Shown here one piece after another: positions 10,561 to 22,520 of a stretch of 32,835 nt of DNA; position 1 is the first letter of the stretch, and every line of letters starts with the position of its first letter. The stretch comes from Chiloscyllium plagiosum. Taxonomy: Eukaryota. The translations under genes were made by a program, and so were the position numbers. The notes under the pieces are model-generated. The model was not told the origin of the DNA. It worked only from the letters and a program-made list of their open reading frames with translations, and searched no databases. The stretch spans positions 7,529,562 through 7,562,396 of the forward strand of contig NC_057758.1 in the NCBI RefSeq assembly GCF_004010195.1, in the 5' to 3' direction.

Positions 10561-12051
10561 GACGGCAGTATGGTTTTTCGATATCCATTACTGCAGGTAC
10601 TGTGTGCATGTAGCCTCTTCCAAATAAGGGTGTGAGGCGTCCCTGTGACAGGTACACACCTCGATGTTTCTGTCGAGCTGACTCATTTCAACCGCAAATT
10701 TGGATTTATATTTTAGGTCTTTAACTGCCATGTTGATTGCAAACTTTCTATTGGTCGCTGCAGCCAGTCTGGATTCTGTGGCATTTTTAAAGCACAATCA
10801 TTTTGCTTGTGTCATGCCTTAGTTTCCCCGCATGCTTTTGTCCTTGTCCATTTTTAATTAAATCTATCATAAACGTTATATTTGGAAAAGACCACCTGAA
10901 AACAACTGGAAGATCCGATGGGACCAAAGAAGATAAACCTTTACTCTTAATGTAATTTGTGCCGATATGCTCTGGGAATTTATAACTGAACAATTTGGAA
11001 AATGCTCTGCTCTGTATCTTATTTGTGTTCGACATGAACCGAGTATCTTGTTGTAGCTGTTATTTCAGAGTATAAACAGTTCTTAGAAAATATACGCTCA
11101 TTCTCCGATGCTCATATCCAGATTATAAAAATTATTCGAACTTCCAACGGAGTAGATAGTGAATAATTATATTCTAATCCCAGCAGCCATTTAAAACAAA
11201 AATCATTGATAAAAGTCAGGAGATGGTGTCCTTCGAGAGGGAAAACGCGATTTTTATGAATGCCTTCAGGGGTAGTTGGGTATCGCGGGACATGGGGTGC
11301 TTCAATTCCTCTCAGTAGTGCGGGGATACTTTTAAAAGTACATAGCCAGAAGATTAGAATCTCCTCATTTCAGACGACTTACTTTGAGCTGGATCGTCAG
11401 ATCTAGTGTGCTGTGGGAAAATAAACAAAGAAAAGTCGGAAGGTGAGTGAAAAAAAAACTTGTACAGAAATGGTGAAAAGCTGTCGACATTGAATCTATT
11501 AATAATGTGAAAATTGATGGACCACGTTTGAGAGGGAAATGAAATAAATTGTTTGATAAACATATGTAGTTGACGGGGTTAACACTATGTAACTTTAGCT
11601 TGCATTGGCCTTCGCTAAAATCGTAACTGATCAATTTGTCATCTAAAACCTACACTTCCATCCAATCTACTAAGCGTTCACTACTTATGTTCAATGTGGA
11701 ATGAAGGTTTTGAAATTTCGAATAACTAGCTGGGGATCATTCTGCAAAATTACATTTTGGTATTCTCATTAAAGCATGACTGTTTGACTTAAAACTGATG
11801 CAAGTTGTCTGGCTCACATAAAACTTCCAAAATTTGATAAGATCATGGATGATCTGTCTGTGGTGGAAATACCACTTCCTGCCTGCCCCGATGTGCTTCA
11901 ACTCTATAACTGAGAGGCTGAAGTCACTCTCTTAAAAACAATTGTAGCGCGAGATCCCTGTTTTGTTTATGGTACACTCATATTAAGTGCCGTATCACAG
12001 TCACACCATAAACCACGATCTTTGACTTGCATGGGAAAGTCACATTTATTG

Positions 12052-12798
12052 TGTTACGACAGGGGAAAAAAACCATCTGCTAATTTAAATCAGACGCACA
12101 GAAAAACTCAGATTGCACCAACACCTGTTAAATTTCGAGAGGCAACGAACTATCCCAGATTTCAATATTTAAGGTAAAAAATAACACTTGTATTCTTTAA
12201 GTCCAACAGAGAACATTAAAACCACAACCAGTTTCCAATGTCTTACTTTTAAGCCTTTAATTGGCACTCCATAATACTGCTCCGCTTAAAATAATCTAAC
12301 TATGATTTACGAAAAGTAACTTTAAAGTTTCAAAATCCAGCCAGTTATCCATCCTCCTTGGTAGATTTTCCTCTGTAGATTTTCCTTTGCATTTTCTGCT
12401 GTCATCTTTTCTACAGTCGCCTGCTGCGCAACTTTAATTATGGACAGATATCTTTCAGAGAATTATTTGATTAATAGTCAGTTTTTTTGGTGCTGTTTGC
12501 AGTTGTTCCTAACTAATAAGAACCTATGGCATTATACCCCAAAGCACCTGTTCATTTCATTGGTTTGATGTTATCAAACAATTAAATTCAAATTCGCTTG
12601 GATCTCTGGGGCATAATTTAAACTGGTTGGCCGAATTTCAATTTGTTTTTGTTCCATGGCAGCGCAAAGCCAGCTATTCATTTCAAATAGTTCTGCCATT
12701 TTTTTTTATCACTGTTAACACAGTCTCTACTTTTAGTCAGTCCTTATTATTATTTTCTCTGTCTTAAAGATACAGTCGAGGCCTCGACCTTCAGAATA
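12052..12798 (-). mobile_element. Solo LTR (Gypsy-like)
   Basis: Plus strand begins TGTTACGAC and ends TTCAGAATA (degenerate ...CATAACA). Near-matching 4-bp flanks ATTG/ATTA. No coding capacity. Confidence 0.6.
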
Positions 12799-12844
12799 AT
12801 TATCGCACAACAATCACTGTTTGATAAAAAGCTGAACGATCTAT

Positions 12845-13535
12845 TTTTACTTTATTTTTTTATAATCATGTGTATACGAATATAGAAATACATCACTACA
12901 ATGAAAATGTATACCGTTGCCATACATGGCGCCATCTGAGATGCCAAGGCAACTAGGGTAGTAAAAAGAAGCTTTGACACAAAAGACACAGAGAAGGAAA
13001 ACGTTGTAAAGTTAAGTATTAGTTGATAGAATGTTAGAAAAACAAAGAAATTTGTAATAGTTCACATCAATTCGTTCTCATCATTTAGTCTAGGATAACA
13101 AAGACATAAGTTAAAACTTCAGCAGACTTTGATGAGTTCTTCGCTTATCTCGCTCTGCTCTCTGTTGCCAACGCCACCACCATAGATTCCGTCACTACTG
13201 CTGAAACTGTCGCACCTCCGATCACCCCCATTGATATGACAACATCTCTAGGCATGTTCCACTCGCATGTGAAGCTGACAGAAAACCATAAACTGAAAAG
13301 AGAACAGCCCATCTTGCCGCCAAGAGACCTGGCCGGGTACAACCATAAACCACTGCGAGACCAGGCTGACAGCCGCCGAGAGAACAGGCTGGGACCTGCC
13401 AGAAGCTGCAGATAGGCCAGATTGAGATCTACAAAGGAGCAACATCAGGTAAAACAGATAAAAAAGGCGAGAAAAGGCAAAGGAACCGAAAATTCGAAGG
13501 AGGCCGGCAGGACCATTCTATTCCGCAGCGATAAT
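12845..13535 (-). repeat. Probable non-autonomous LINE-derived interspersed repeat
   Basis: T-rich tail-like end at about 12845 and degenerate internal repeats of about 33 bp (13360-13440). Family not assignable. Confidence 0.3.
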
Positions 13536-14470
13536 ACTAGATTATCAACGTTTTTCAAATAAAAGTTATCCCGCTTCTGTCATGTTATGACGTAAAAAGC
13601 AACGATCCCAATTTAATCGAGGGATGATCCATGATAACAACGAAATATGTTTACTCTCAAAAGACTATGCTAAGGGTTTCCGACATTGATAGCCATGGAC
13701 TGAATTGCTTGACGCCCAGAAAGTAGTCATCTGATTCATTTTGCTGTTTCGAACATCCCACCCTCTTCCACAACCTTTGCCTACAAAAGTTGGAAAAATG
13801 GACTGCGGCCGTCTCTTGCTGTCTGTTAAGTACAAATGCGACAGGTCAACTGATTAGAATGTTGGGGACTACGAAAAGTCCTTGTGTTGACCCTAAAACC
13901 TGTTAGAGACTCCTTTAAAAATTAACATGATGATTAAAATATTTTCAGTGTGCTCGAGGCAAATCCTCGCTTCCCGTAATGAGCACTGTGATGGATTTTG
14001 CTTCTGCTGACCTAAAACTGCCAATGTAGTGCTGTGAAATGTCAATGGTCACGTACACAAACTTGGTCGATTATATTAAAATACACATTTTCACTCCTTT
14101 TATTTGTTGTGTCAAATTGTAAGGCATAACTAATTTTAGTAGTCACGGTGGATTAATACTTATTCAGGGCAAAAACAGTTAAATATCTCAAAATCTGGAA
14201 ATGTCTTTTTGTTGCTTTCTTCTCAGGTTCGGATTATATGCGAACGAATTTTGCACCAAGCGAAGCATAATGGCGACCACAACACACAATGCTTGTCAGA
14301 TCCATATGAAACGAGATCTGGACAGGTTTTGCCATCGATATGAAGATATCAGAAAGTCAAAACAGAATGTTAACTGTAACTATGTTCTTTTCATCATACA
14401 TGTTTTGCATAAGTAACGGTCTTGGTGTGCAGGTGTTCAATTTTAGGAATTTAAAAACCCAATCATCTCA

Positions 14471-15612
14471 AGTGACGATGCTGTCACTTTAAAACAAAAA
14501 CAGGTATTTTATCCTTTTCTTTTCAAGAGACGTTGTAACAGCAGAGGTGCTGAAATGTCTACTTTCCCAATGGTAGGGGAGTGCCCAATTCTCCCAATTT
14601 AGGTTTTTGTTTTGCTACTCTGGTTTAGCTGTGATACCAATAAGCTGCTGCTTTAGCTGTGTCAGATAGTGTTGCAGTCGAAAAAGATTCCAGGATTCAG
14701 CAGATATTTCCTGGTTGACGTTTCTTTATGAAACGTCTCCTGCCTGTAAGAACCTGCTTATGAATGTGTTTATGGAATGCTCTGGGAACTGAAATTGCTG
14801 TGCTGGCTCCGTTAAGTTTCCAACAGTTACGTTATTTTAACTTTCACTTTCAGTTGCTTGTGTTTCGACTGTAATGTAGAGATAAATTCTGTTTTGCTTG
14901 AAGCCGAGCTGTTTGACCAGCTGCATGTCACCTGGAAAATCTAATACATTCCTGCCTTTTAAATAATAAGAAGTTAGGATATCAGCTTCCTTCTAACAAT
15001 GTTTTCATGTTTTCATGTGACATCGCCTAATTCATAACACATTGGGGCACCTTGTCGCAATTAAATCGATAATTCCAATTTCGGATAAGTGTTGTTGGAC
15101 TTAAAGGCAGCGAGTGGAATGTTTTAATGCCTTTGATTCTGGGTGTTGAATTCAGTCGGTATAAACAGCACTTGGTCGTTGAGCCACTCAGAGTTTTCTG
15201 GGTTAGAAGAAGTGACTTTGTGGCTTTACAAAAGATGAGCAAGGCAAACCAGCTAGAAATTGCAGACAAACTAGAGTCAGAGTTGCCTCCAGTTCTGAGT
15301 AAAGGCAACGTAATGACAGCAAAAACTCGACACTTAAATTTGCTGGAAATGCGATCGAAATCGTTGGGAAAGACAAGATATCTATTGCAGATGATGCATC
15401 TTGAATATGAGAAGGAAACAAAACAGTTTGAATGACGGTTAGAAGAAGAGGAAAGAGGAGAATATGACTTGCCCTGGCATGACAAAAAGAAAGGGACAAA
15501 ATTGCTTTTGTAAAAACAAACAAAAGTAACGGAAGGCCCCAGGGGAACAACTGGAGATAGGGAGCGTAGAAAGGAAGCAAAAGAGAGAAGAAAGGTAAAA
15601 TGAGAGAGGACA
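14471..15612 (+). mobile_element. Gypsy 5' LTR (about 14471-15039), PBS and gag start (copy 1, truncated by gap)
   Basis: LTR ends CATAACA, followed by TTGGGGCACC (degenerate tRNA-Pro-like PBS) and gag KANQLEIADKLESELP. Duplicate of 16914-18062. Confidence 0.75.
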
Positions 15613-16105
15613 NNNNNNNNNNNNNNNNNNNNNNNNNNNNNNNNNNNNNNNNNNNNNNNNNNNNNNNNNNNNNNNNNNNNNNNNNNNNNNNNNNNNNNNN
15701 NNNNNNNNNNNNNNNNNNNNNNNNNNNNNNNNNNNNNNNNNNNNNNNNNNNNNNNNNNNNNNNNNNNNNNNNNNNNNNNNNNNNNNNNNNNNNNNNNNNN
15801 NNNNNNNNNNNNNNNNNNNNNNNNNNNNNNNNNNNNNNNNNNNNNNNNNNNNNNNNNNNNNNNNNNNNNNNNNNNNNNNNNNNNNNNNNNNNNNNNNNNN
15901 NNNNNNNNNNNNNNNNNNNNNNNNNNNNNNNNNNNNNNNNNNNNNNNNNNNNNNNNNNNNNNNNNNNNNNNNNNNNNNNNNNNNNNNNNNNNNNNNNNNN
16001 NNNNNNNNNNNNNNNNNNNNNNNNNNNNNNNNNNNNNNNNNNNNNNNNNNNNNNNNNNNNNNNNNNNNNNNNNNNNNNNNNNNNNNNNNNNNNNNNNNNN
16101 NNNNN
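15613..16105. other. Assembly gap
   Basis: Run of N. Confidence 1.
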
Positions 16106-16913
16106 CTCTCAAAAGACTATGCTAAAGGTTTCCTACATTGATAGCCATGGACTGAATTGCCTGACGCCCAGAAAGTAGTCATCTGATTCATTTTGCTGTT
16201 TCGAACATCCCACCCTCTTCCACAACCTTTGCCTACAAAAATTGGAAAAATGGAATGCGGCCGTCTCTTGCTGTCTGTTAAATACAAATGCGACAGGTCA
16301 ACTGATTAGAATGTTGGGGAGTACGAAAAGTCCTTGTGTTGACCCTAAAACCTGTAGAGAATCCTTGAAAAATTAACATGATGATTAAAATATTTTCAGT
16401 GCGCTCGAGGCAAATTCTCGCTTCCCGTAATGAGCACTGTGATGGTTTCTGCTTCTGCTGACCTAAAACTGCCAATGTAATGCTGTGAAATGCCAATGGT
16501 CACGTACACAAACTTAGTCGATTAATTTTAAAATACACATTTTCACTCCTTTTATTTGTTGTGTCAAATTGTAAGGCATAACTAATTTTAGTAGTCACGG
16601 TGGATTAATACTTATTCAGGGCAAAAACAGTTAAATATCTCAAAATCTGGAAATGTCTTTTTGTTGCTTTCTTCTCAGGTTCGGAATATATGCGAACGAA
16701 TTTTGCACCAAGCGAAGCATAATGGCGACCAACACACAATGCTTGTCAGATCCACATGAAACGAGATCTGGACAGGTTCTGCCATCGATATGAAGATATC
16801 AGAAAGTCAAAACAGAATGTAACTATGTTCTTTTCATCATACATGCTTTGCATAAGTAGCCGTCTTGGTGTGCAGGTGTTCAATTTTAGGAATTTAAAAA
16901 CCCAATCATCTCA

Positions 16914-17493
16914 AGTGACGATGCTGTCACTTTAAAACAAAAACAGGTATTTTACCCTTTTCTTTTCAAGAGACGTTGTAACAGCAGAGGTGCTGAAATG
17001 TCTACTTTCCCAATGGCAGGGGAGTGCCCAATTCTCCGAGTTCAGGTTTTTGTTTTGCTACTCTGGTTTAGCTGTGATACCGATAAGCTGCTGCTTTAGC
17101 TGTGTCAGATAGTGTTGCAGTCGAAAAAGATTCCAGGATTCAGCAGATATTTCCTGGCTGACGTTTCTCTATGAAACGTCTCCTGCCTGTAAGAACCTGC
17201 GTTTGAATTTACACATTGCCAATGAATGTGTTTATGGAATGCTCTGGGAACTGGAATTGCTGTGCTGGCTCCGTTAAGTTTCCAACAGTTACGTTATTTT
17301 AACTTTCGCTTTCAGTTGCTTGTGTTTCGACTGTAATGTTTAAATAAATTCTGTTTTGCTTAAAGCCGAGCTGTTTGACCAGCTGCATGTCACCTGGAAA
17401 ATCTAATATACTCCTGCCTTTAAAATAATAAGAAGTTAGGATATCGGCTTCCTTCTGAAAATGTTTTCATGTGATATCGCCTGATTCATAACA
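16914..17493 (+). repeat. 5' LTR of the Gmr1-like element (copy 2)
   Basis: Starts (A)GTGACGATG, contains AATAAA at about 17344, ends CATAACA, followed by PBS-like TTGGGGCACC. Confidence 0.7.
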
Positions 17494-19945
17494 CATTGGG
17501 GCACCTTGTCGCAATTAAATCGATAATTCCAATTTCGGATAAGTGTTGTTGGACGAAAAGGGAGCGAGTGGAATGTTTTAATACCTTTGATTCCGGGTGT
17601 TGAATTCAGTCGGTATAAACAGCACTTGGTCGTTGAGCCACTCAGAGTTTCCTGGGTTAGAAGGAGTGACTTTGGGGCTTTACAAGAGATGACCAAGGCA
17701 AACCAGCTAGAAATTGCAGACGAACTAGAGTCAGAGTTGCCTCCAGTTCTGAGTAAAGGCAACGTAATGACAGCAAAAACCCGACACTTAAATTTGCTGG
17801 AAATGCGATCAAAATCGTTGGAAAAGACAAGATATCTATTGCAGATGACGCATCTTGAATATGAGAAGGAAACAAAACAGTTTGAATGACGGTTAGAAGA
17901 AGAGGAAAGAGGAGAATATGACTTGCCCTGGCATGACAAAAAGAAGGGACAGAATTGCTTTTGCAAAAACAAACAAAAGTAACGGAAGGCCCCAGGGGAA
18001 CAACTGGAGATAGAGAGCCTAGAAAGGAAGAAAAAGAGAAGAAAGGTAAAATGAGAGAGGAGAAAGCGCAAGAGAGAGAGTCAAATTCAGAAATTTGCAC
18101 CGACACAGTAAAGTCGGCTTAAATGAAAGGAGATACATGTAGAAGGTAGGCTTACTGAGGAAGATAGAGATGTTTTTCAAACACATCATCGCCAAAGGTC
18201 TGGCAGGGATCTTTTTAAATACATCCAAACATTGCATAAATTTGAGAGCAGAGATGTAGAAGCTATTCTCATCACGTTTAAAAAGGTGGTGAAAGAAATG
18301 AAGTGGCCAGAGACCACATGGATTTGTTGATTCAAACAAAGCTGCTCCCTAGATCTGGTGAGGTATTTGGACCACTATCAGAGGAGGTTTCCGGGGACGA
18401 TGAGGACGTAAAGAAAGCCATCTGCATTGCATTTCAGCATGTACCAGAGCCCAACAGAGAATGTTTGAGGAATCTAACCAGAGACTCTGTTCAAACCTGC
18501 AGTGAGTTTGAACGGATCAAATAAAGCAACATTGACAATTGGATAAGGGCATTAAAATATGCCAATCAGATGACGCTCTTAGAGAGACGATTATTTTCAG
18601 GGATTTCAAAAACTGACTTCCTGAGATAGAGAGAACCAATTAGAAGAGCAGTGATATACAAAAGCAAGATTAGCAGCTGAAATGGCTGATGAATATGAGT
18701 TGGTGCATACATCAAGTTTTGGCTTCCAACATCAATTTCAATTTTGAGGGATAGAAATAAATGAAGGGGAAAGTCGTAAGGGGGAAGTAGATCTCGGCGA
18801 AAATAATAAAGTTAGCTTATCACATGGTAAAAACGAGAGTCATGAAGGGTAGAAAGAAGTTAAAAACATCTGGTGCCTTCACTGCAATAAATTAGGTCAC
18901 ATACAGCCACCTTGAATGGAGAGTGAGAAAAAGCTCAGTGAAGGCAGATATAGGAAAATAGGATAGTTACTGAATTTTGTTAAAGTGGCAAAGGAAGGAA
19001 CAGTTCTTTTTGAAAGGCTGCACCAGATTTAACAGCCTGGTGGGAAGTTTGTTAATGAGGAAGTGCCAGATCTTCTTAAACTATTTACTTGTAAAGTTAA
19101 AGTTTACTCACAAGCAGGAGCAGCAGGTAAAATAGTTACAGCATTGATTGATACGTCAATCTTTGATGTTCAGAGATGAGGGGAAATGTAACTCAGAAAG
19201 TCAATTACCAGAAAACGTACTGGTATGTGGAATTCATGGTGAGACTAGAAGAGGTTAATTTTGTAGAGTGAGGTTCAAATGATCAGTGAAAAGTGGAGAA
19301 GTGGTGGTAGGAATACTGAAGGAACTATCAGCCTCGGGAATACAATATCGGCTTGCTAACGGGTTTGCTCGGTCAGAGGTAGGAGTACAGCCAACTAAGA
19401 TGAAAAAGAAAGTGGAAAATAAGGCAACTTTGGTAATGCAGAAAACATATTCTGTCCCCCCTCCCCGCAGAAGAATGATTACAATCTGAAACAATTGTAT
19501 CAAAAAACATGCATGGAAGTAGAATCTGAGTGCATCCCTGAGTGCGACGATGTTAAAAATGAGGTATTGTTGAGAAAATAAAGACTATCCCATATTTAGG
19601 CACTTGAGAAATGTGCAGACGTCCATCACGCTGTATTGCTGGTGGGTTACAGAAAGTAGATGTTGCGAGTGGCACATGAATTAACAGTAGAAGGTCATTT
19701 AGGGGTAAGAAAAGCTGGACCGAAAATACAAAACCATTGTAATTGCCGCGAACTGCATAAGGAGGGAGTGAAATTTGCAACACGTTATAAATATCCGGTA
19801 ATTGGAAAACTAAAGGTATCAATAAAACCAACACCTTTAAGACCTATTTGAGGAGTGTTTAAATTGATTGTGTAGGAATCCTACATAAAAGAAAAAGTGG
19901 GAATAAGTATTTTTTAACCATAATGAATGTGTCCACAAGATTGGT

Positions 19946-20147
19946 GGGCGGCACGGTGGCACAGTGGTTAGCACTGCTGCCTCACAGCGCCCGAGAACCG
20001 GGTTCAATTCCCGCCTCAGGCGACTGACTGTGTGCAGTTTGCACGTTCTCCCCGTGTCTGCATGAGTTTCCTCCGGGTTCTCCGGGTCGGTGTGGACTTG
20101 TTGGGCCGAAGGGCCTGTTTCCACACTGTAAGTAATATAATCCAATC
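19946..20147 (+). mobile_element. HE1/V-SINE-like tRNA SINE, internally deleted, inserted in the Gypsy integrase
   Basis: A box TGGCACAGTGG, B box GGTTCAATTCC, tail GGGCCGAAGGGCCTGTTTCCACACTGTA. Splits the integrase sequence MNVSTR / AIPL. Confidence 0.9.
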
Positions 20148-21297
20148 GGCCATTCCATTACACAATAGCTCAGCTAAAAGTATTGTAGAGTGTTACTCAA
20201 ATTATTCCCAGGATATTCACTATCCATAGAAATACAATCAAATTAAGGGATAAATTATTCAAACAGTCACAAAAATCTGAGGAATTAAACAATTGAAATC
20301 CACTGAGGACCATCCTGAATCAGAAGGATCGCTAGAAATCTGGCATCAGACATTAAAGACAATGTTGAGGGCTTACAGTTAAGACTATTCAGATGAGGGA
20401 ATTCAGTTTTAACTTTTTGCCATTAGCGATGTACCAAATGAATCGACCAAGTTCAGTCCATTTGAATTTTGTCTTGGGCATGAAGTCAGAGTACACTAAA
20501 ATTGATTAAGGAGAAACTGATAATGCAAAATTCAGACACCACATATTTGGATTATCTGTCAAATTTTAGAGATTGCTTAAATAGAAGGCAAGGCTGCATT
20601 AAAAAAAAAAATCACAGTATACGATGAAACAGGAAGCAGATACGAAATCAAAAACTCGCAACTTCTCAAAAGGCGGTAAAGTCTTAGCATTGCATCCAGT
20701 GAGAGACGAACCTTCGAAAGATAAGTTTAGTAGATCTTATCTGATCGAAAGGAGTTTGAGTAAGTTGAACGATTTCATAATGATTCCAAGTAGAAATAAA
20801 TCACACAGAGTGTGTTATGTGAATATGCTGAATAGGTGTTCTGACAGGGATAGAAAACAAACAGAAAATGGGATACTTATTACAGCACACAGTGAAGAAC
20901 AAAGTTCAAAGCATTCAGAATTGAACATTCCTCAAATTACACAGGAAATGGAGATGTTGTCAAAATTTGAATTAATTATTGAGTTACCCTCAAGGGGGAA
21001 AACAATATGACCGGAAAGAATTATTGAGTTTGAATGGGGAGATACTTGGAATTAAGCTGAGAAGTGCTAAGTTAATTATGCATGATGTAGGCATGGGAAA
21101 TCCTGTTGCAATTAAACGGTATCCTTATAAACTTCAATTCTAAAGTTGGCAAGGGTTCAAAAAGAGATTGAACTAATGCTCCAAGGCAACATATTCAAAG
21201 TGAGTTGCCATAGCTGGAGCGCACCCACAGTAATATTGTCAAAACCAATTTGTACCTCCAGGTTATGTGTAGATTATCAGAAAGGAAGGTCGGTGAG

Positions 21298-22060
21298 TAG
21301 AACATAGAACATAGAACATTACAACGCAGTACAGGTCCTTCGGCCGTCGATGATGCGCCGACCTGTCATACCAATCTGAAGCCCATCTAACCTACACTAT
21401 TCCATGTATGTCCATATGCTTGCCCAATGACGACTTAAATGTACTTAAAGTTGGCGAATCTACTACCGTTGCAGGCAAAACATTCCATACATTTACTACT
21501 CTCTGAGGTCCGAAACTACTTCTGACATCTCTCCTATATCTATCACCCCTCAATTTAAAGCTATGCCCCCTCGTGCTTGCCATCACCATTCGTGGAAAAT
21601 AGGCTCTCTATGTCCACCCTATCTAACCCTCTGATTATCTTATATGTCTCAATTAAGTCACCTCTCACGCTTCTTCTCTCTAATGAAAACAGCTTCAAGT
21701 CCCTCAGCCTTTCCTCGTAAGACCTTCCCTCCATTCCGGGCAATATCCTAGTGAATCTACTCTGCACACTTTCCAAAGCTTCCACATCATTCTTATGATG
21801 CCGTAACCAGAACTGTAAACAATACTCCAAGTGCGGCCGCACTAGAGTTTTGTACAGCTGTAGTGTAACGTCATGGTTCCAGAACCCAATCCTCTATTGA
21901 TAAAAGCTAAAACACTGTATGCCTTCTTAATAACCCTGTCAACCTGGGTGGCCACTGTCAACGATCTATGTACCTGGACACAGAGATCTCTCTGCTCATC
22001 TACACTACCAAGAAGATTACCATGAGCCGAATACCTTGCATTCCGGTTGCTCCGACCAAA
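21298..22060 (-). mobile_element. 5'-truncated CR1 LINE
   Basis: (AGAACAT)n tail on the plus strand. Minus ORFs RPHLEYCLQFW, TRGHSFKL, FGPQRVVNVWN. Confidence 0.92.
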
Positions 22061-22240
22061 TTTTCGGGTCCATGAGATCATGTTGCAGCAAGACAACACT
22101 CTGGTGCGGTTGCCCTTGGAGTTTTGCAAACAGTTCTGGTCACTGCATTGCAGGTAGCAAGTGGAAGCTTTGGAAAGGGTGCATCGGAGATTTACCAGGA
22201 TGTTGCCTATTATGGAGGAAAGGTATTCTCGGGAAAATGT
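22061..22240 (+). mobile_element. CR1 ORF2 C-terminal fragment
   Basis: EIMLQQDNTLVRLPLEFCKQFWS...ALERVHRRFTRMLP. Confidence 0.75.
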
Positions 22241-22259
22241 GGCGGGCTTTTGGCCCAGA

Positions 22260-22520
22260 ATCATGGAGTCATGAAACGTACAGCATGGAAACAGTTTTTT
22301 TTCGTCCAACGCGTCCATGATAAGCAGATATCCTAAATTAATTTAGTCCCATTTGCAAGCACTTGCTCCATCTCCCTCTAAACCATTTCGATCCAGGCAC
22401 CCATCCAGATGTCTTTTAAATGTTGTCATAAGATCAGCCTCCACCATTTCCTCTGGAAACGAATTCCATGCAGACAGCAGCCTTTTGCGACAAATGGTTG
22501 ACGTGTAGGTCCCTTTCAAA
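22260..22520 (-). mobile_element. CR1 3' end (different subfamily)
   Basis: Minus ORF AWNSFPEEMVEADLMTTFKRHLD plus 3' UTR. Confidence 0.75.

Larger units (their letters stand above)
13654..18062 (+). repeat. About 1.96-kb direct duplication flanking a gap: 13654-15612 and 16106-18062
   Basis: Both copies start CTCTCAAAAGACTATGCTAA and end GGTAAAATGAGAGAGGA. Collinear, with scattered substitutions and small indels. Confidence 0.95.
16914..21290 (+). mobile_element. Decayed Gmr1-like Ty3/Gypsy LTR retrotransposon (LTR-PBS-gag-PR-IN-RT start), 3'-truncated
   Basis: SCAN-like gag (about 18250-18600), knuckle CLHCNKLGH (about 18875), protease VTALIDT (about 19135), integrase AHELTVEGHLGVRK (19660) and HPESEGSLEIWHQTLKTMLRAY (about 20310), then RT start IKRYPY, WSAP, RLCVDYQK (21100-21285). 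Confidence 0.85.

Noticed and set aside
14201..14330. Exon after the acceptor-like TTGCTTTCTTCTCAG (also near 16678)
   Set aside because: No good donor, and the frame is not preserved between the duplicate copies.
15027..16178. Long ORFs of 361 and 192 aa
   Set aside because: Artefacts of translating through N.
14471..17493. Paired 5' and 3' LTRs of one element
   Set aside because: Both LTRs are followed by PBS and gag and share the same upstream flank, so this is a duplication.
17436..18106. Minus-strand ORFs of 211 and 149 aa
   Set aside because: Antisense shadows of the purine-rich gag region.
19946..20020. tRNA gene
   Set aside because: It is the tRNA-derived head of a SINE and continues into SINE body and tail.
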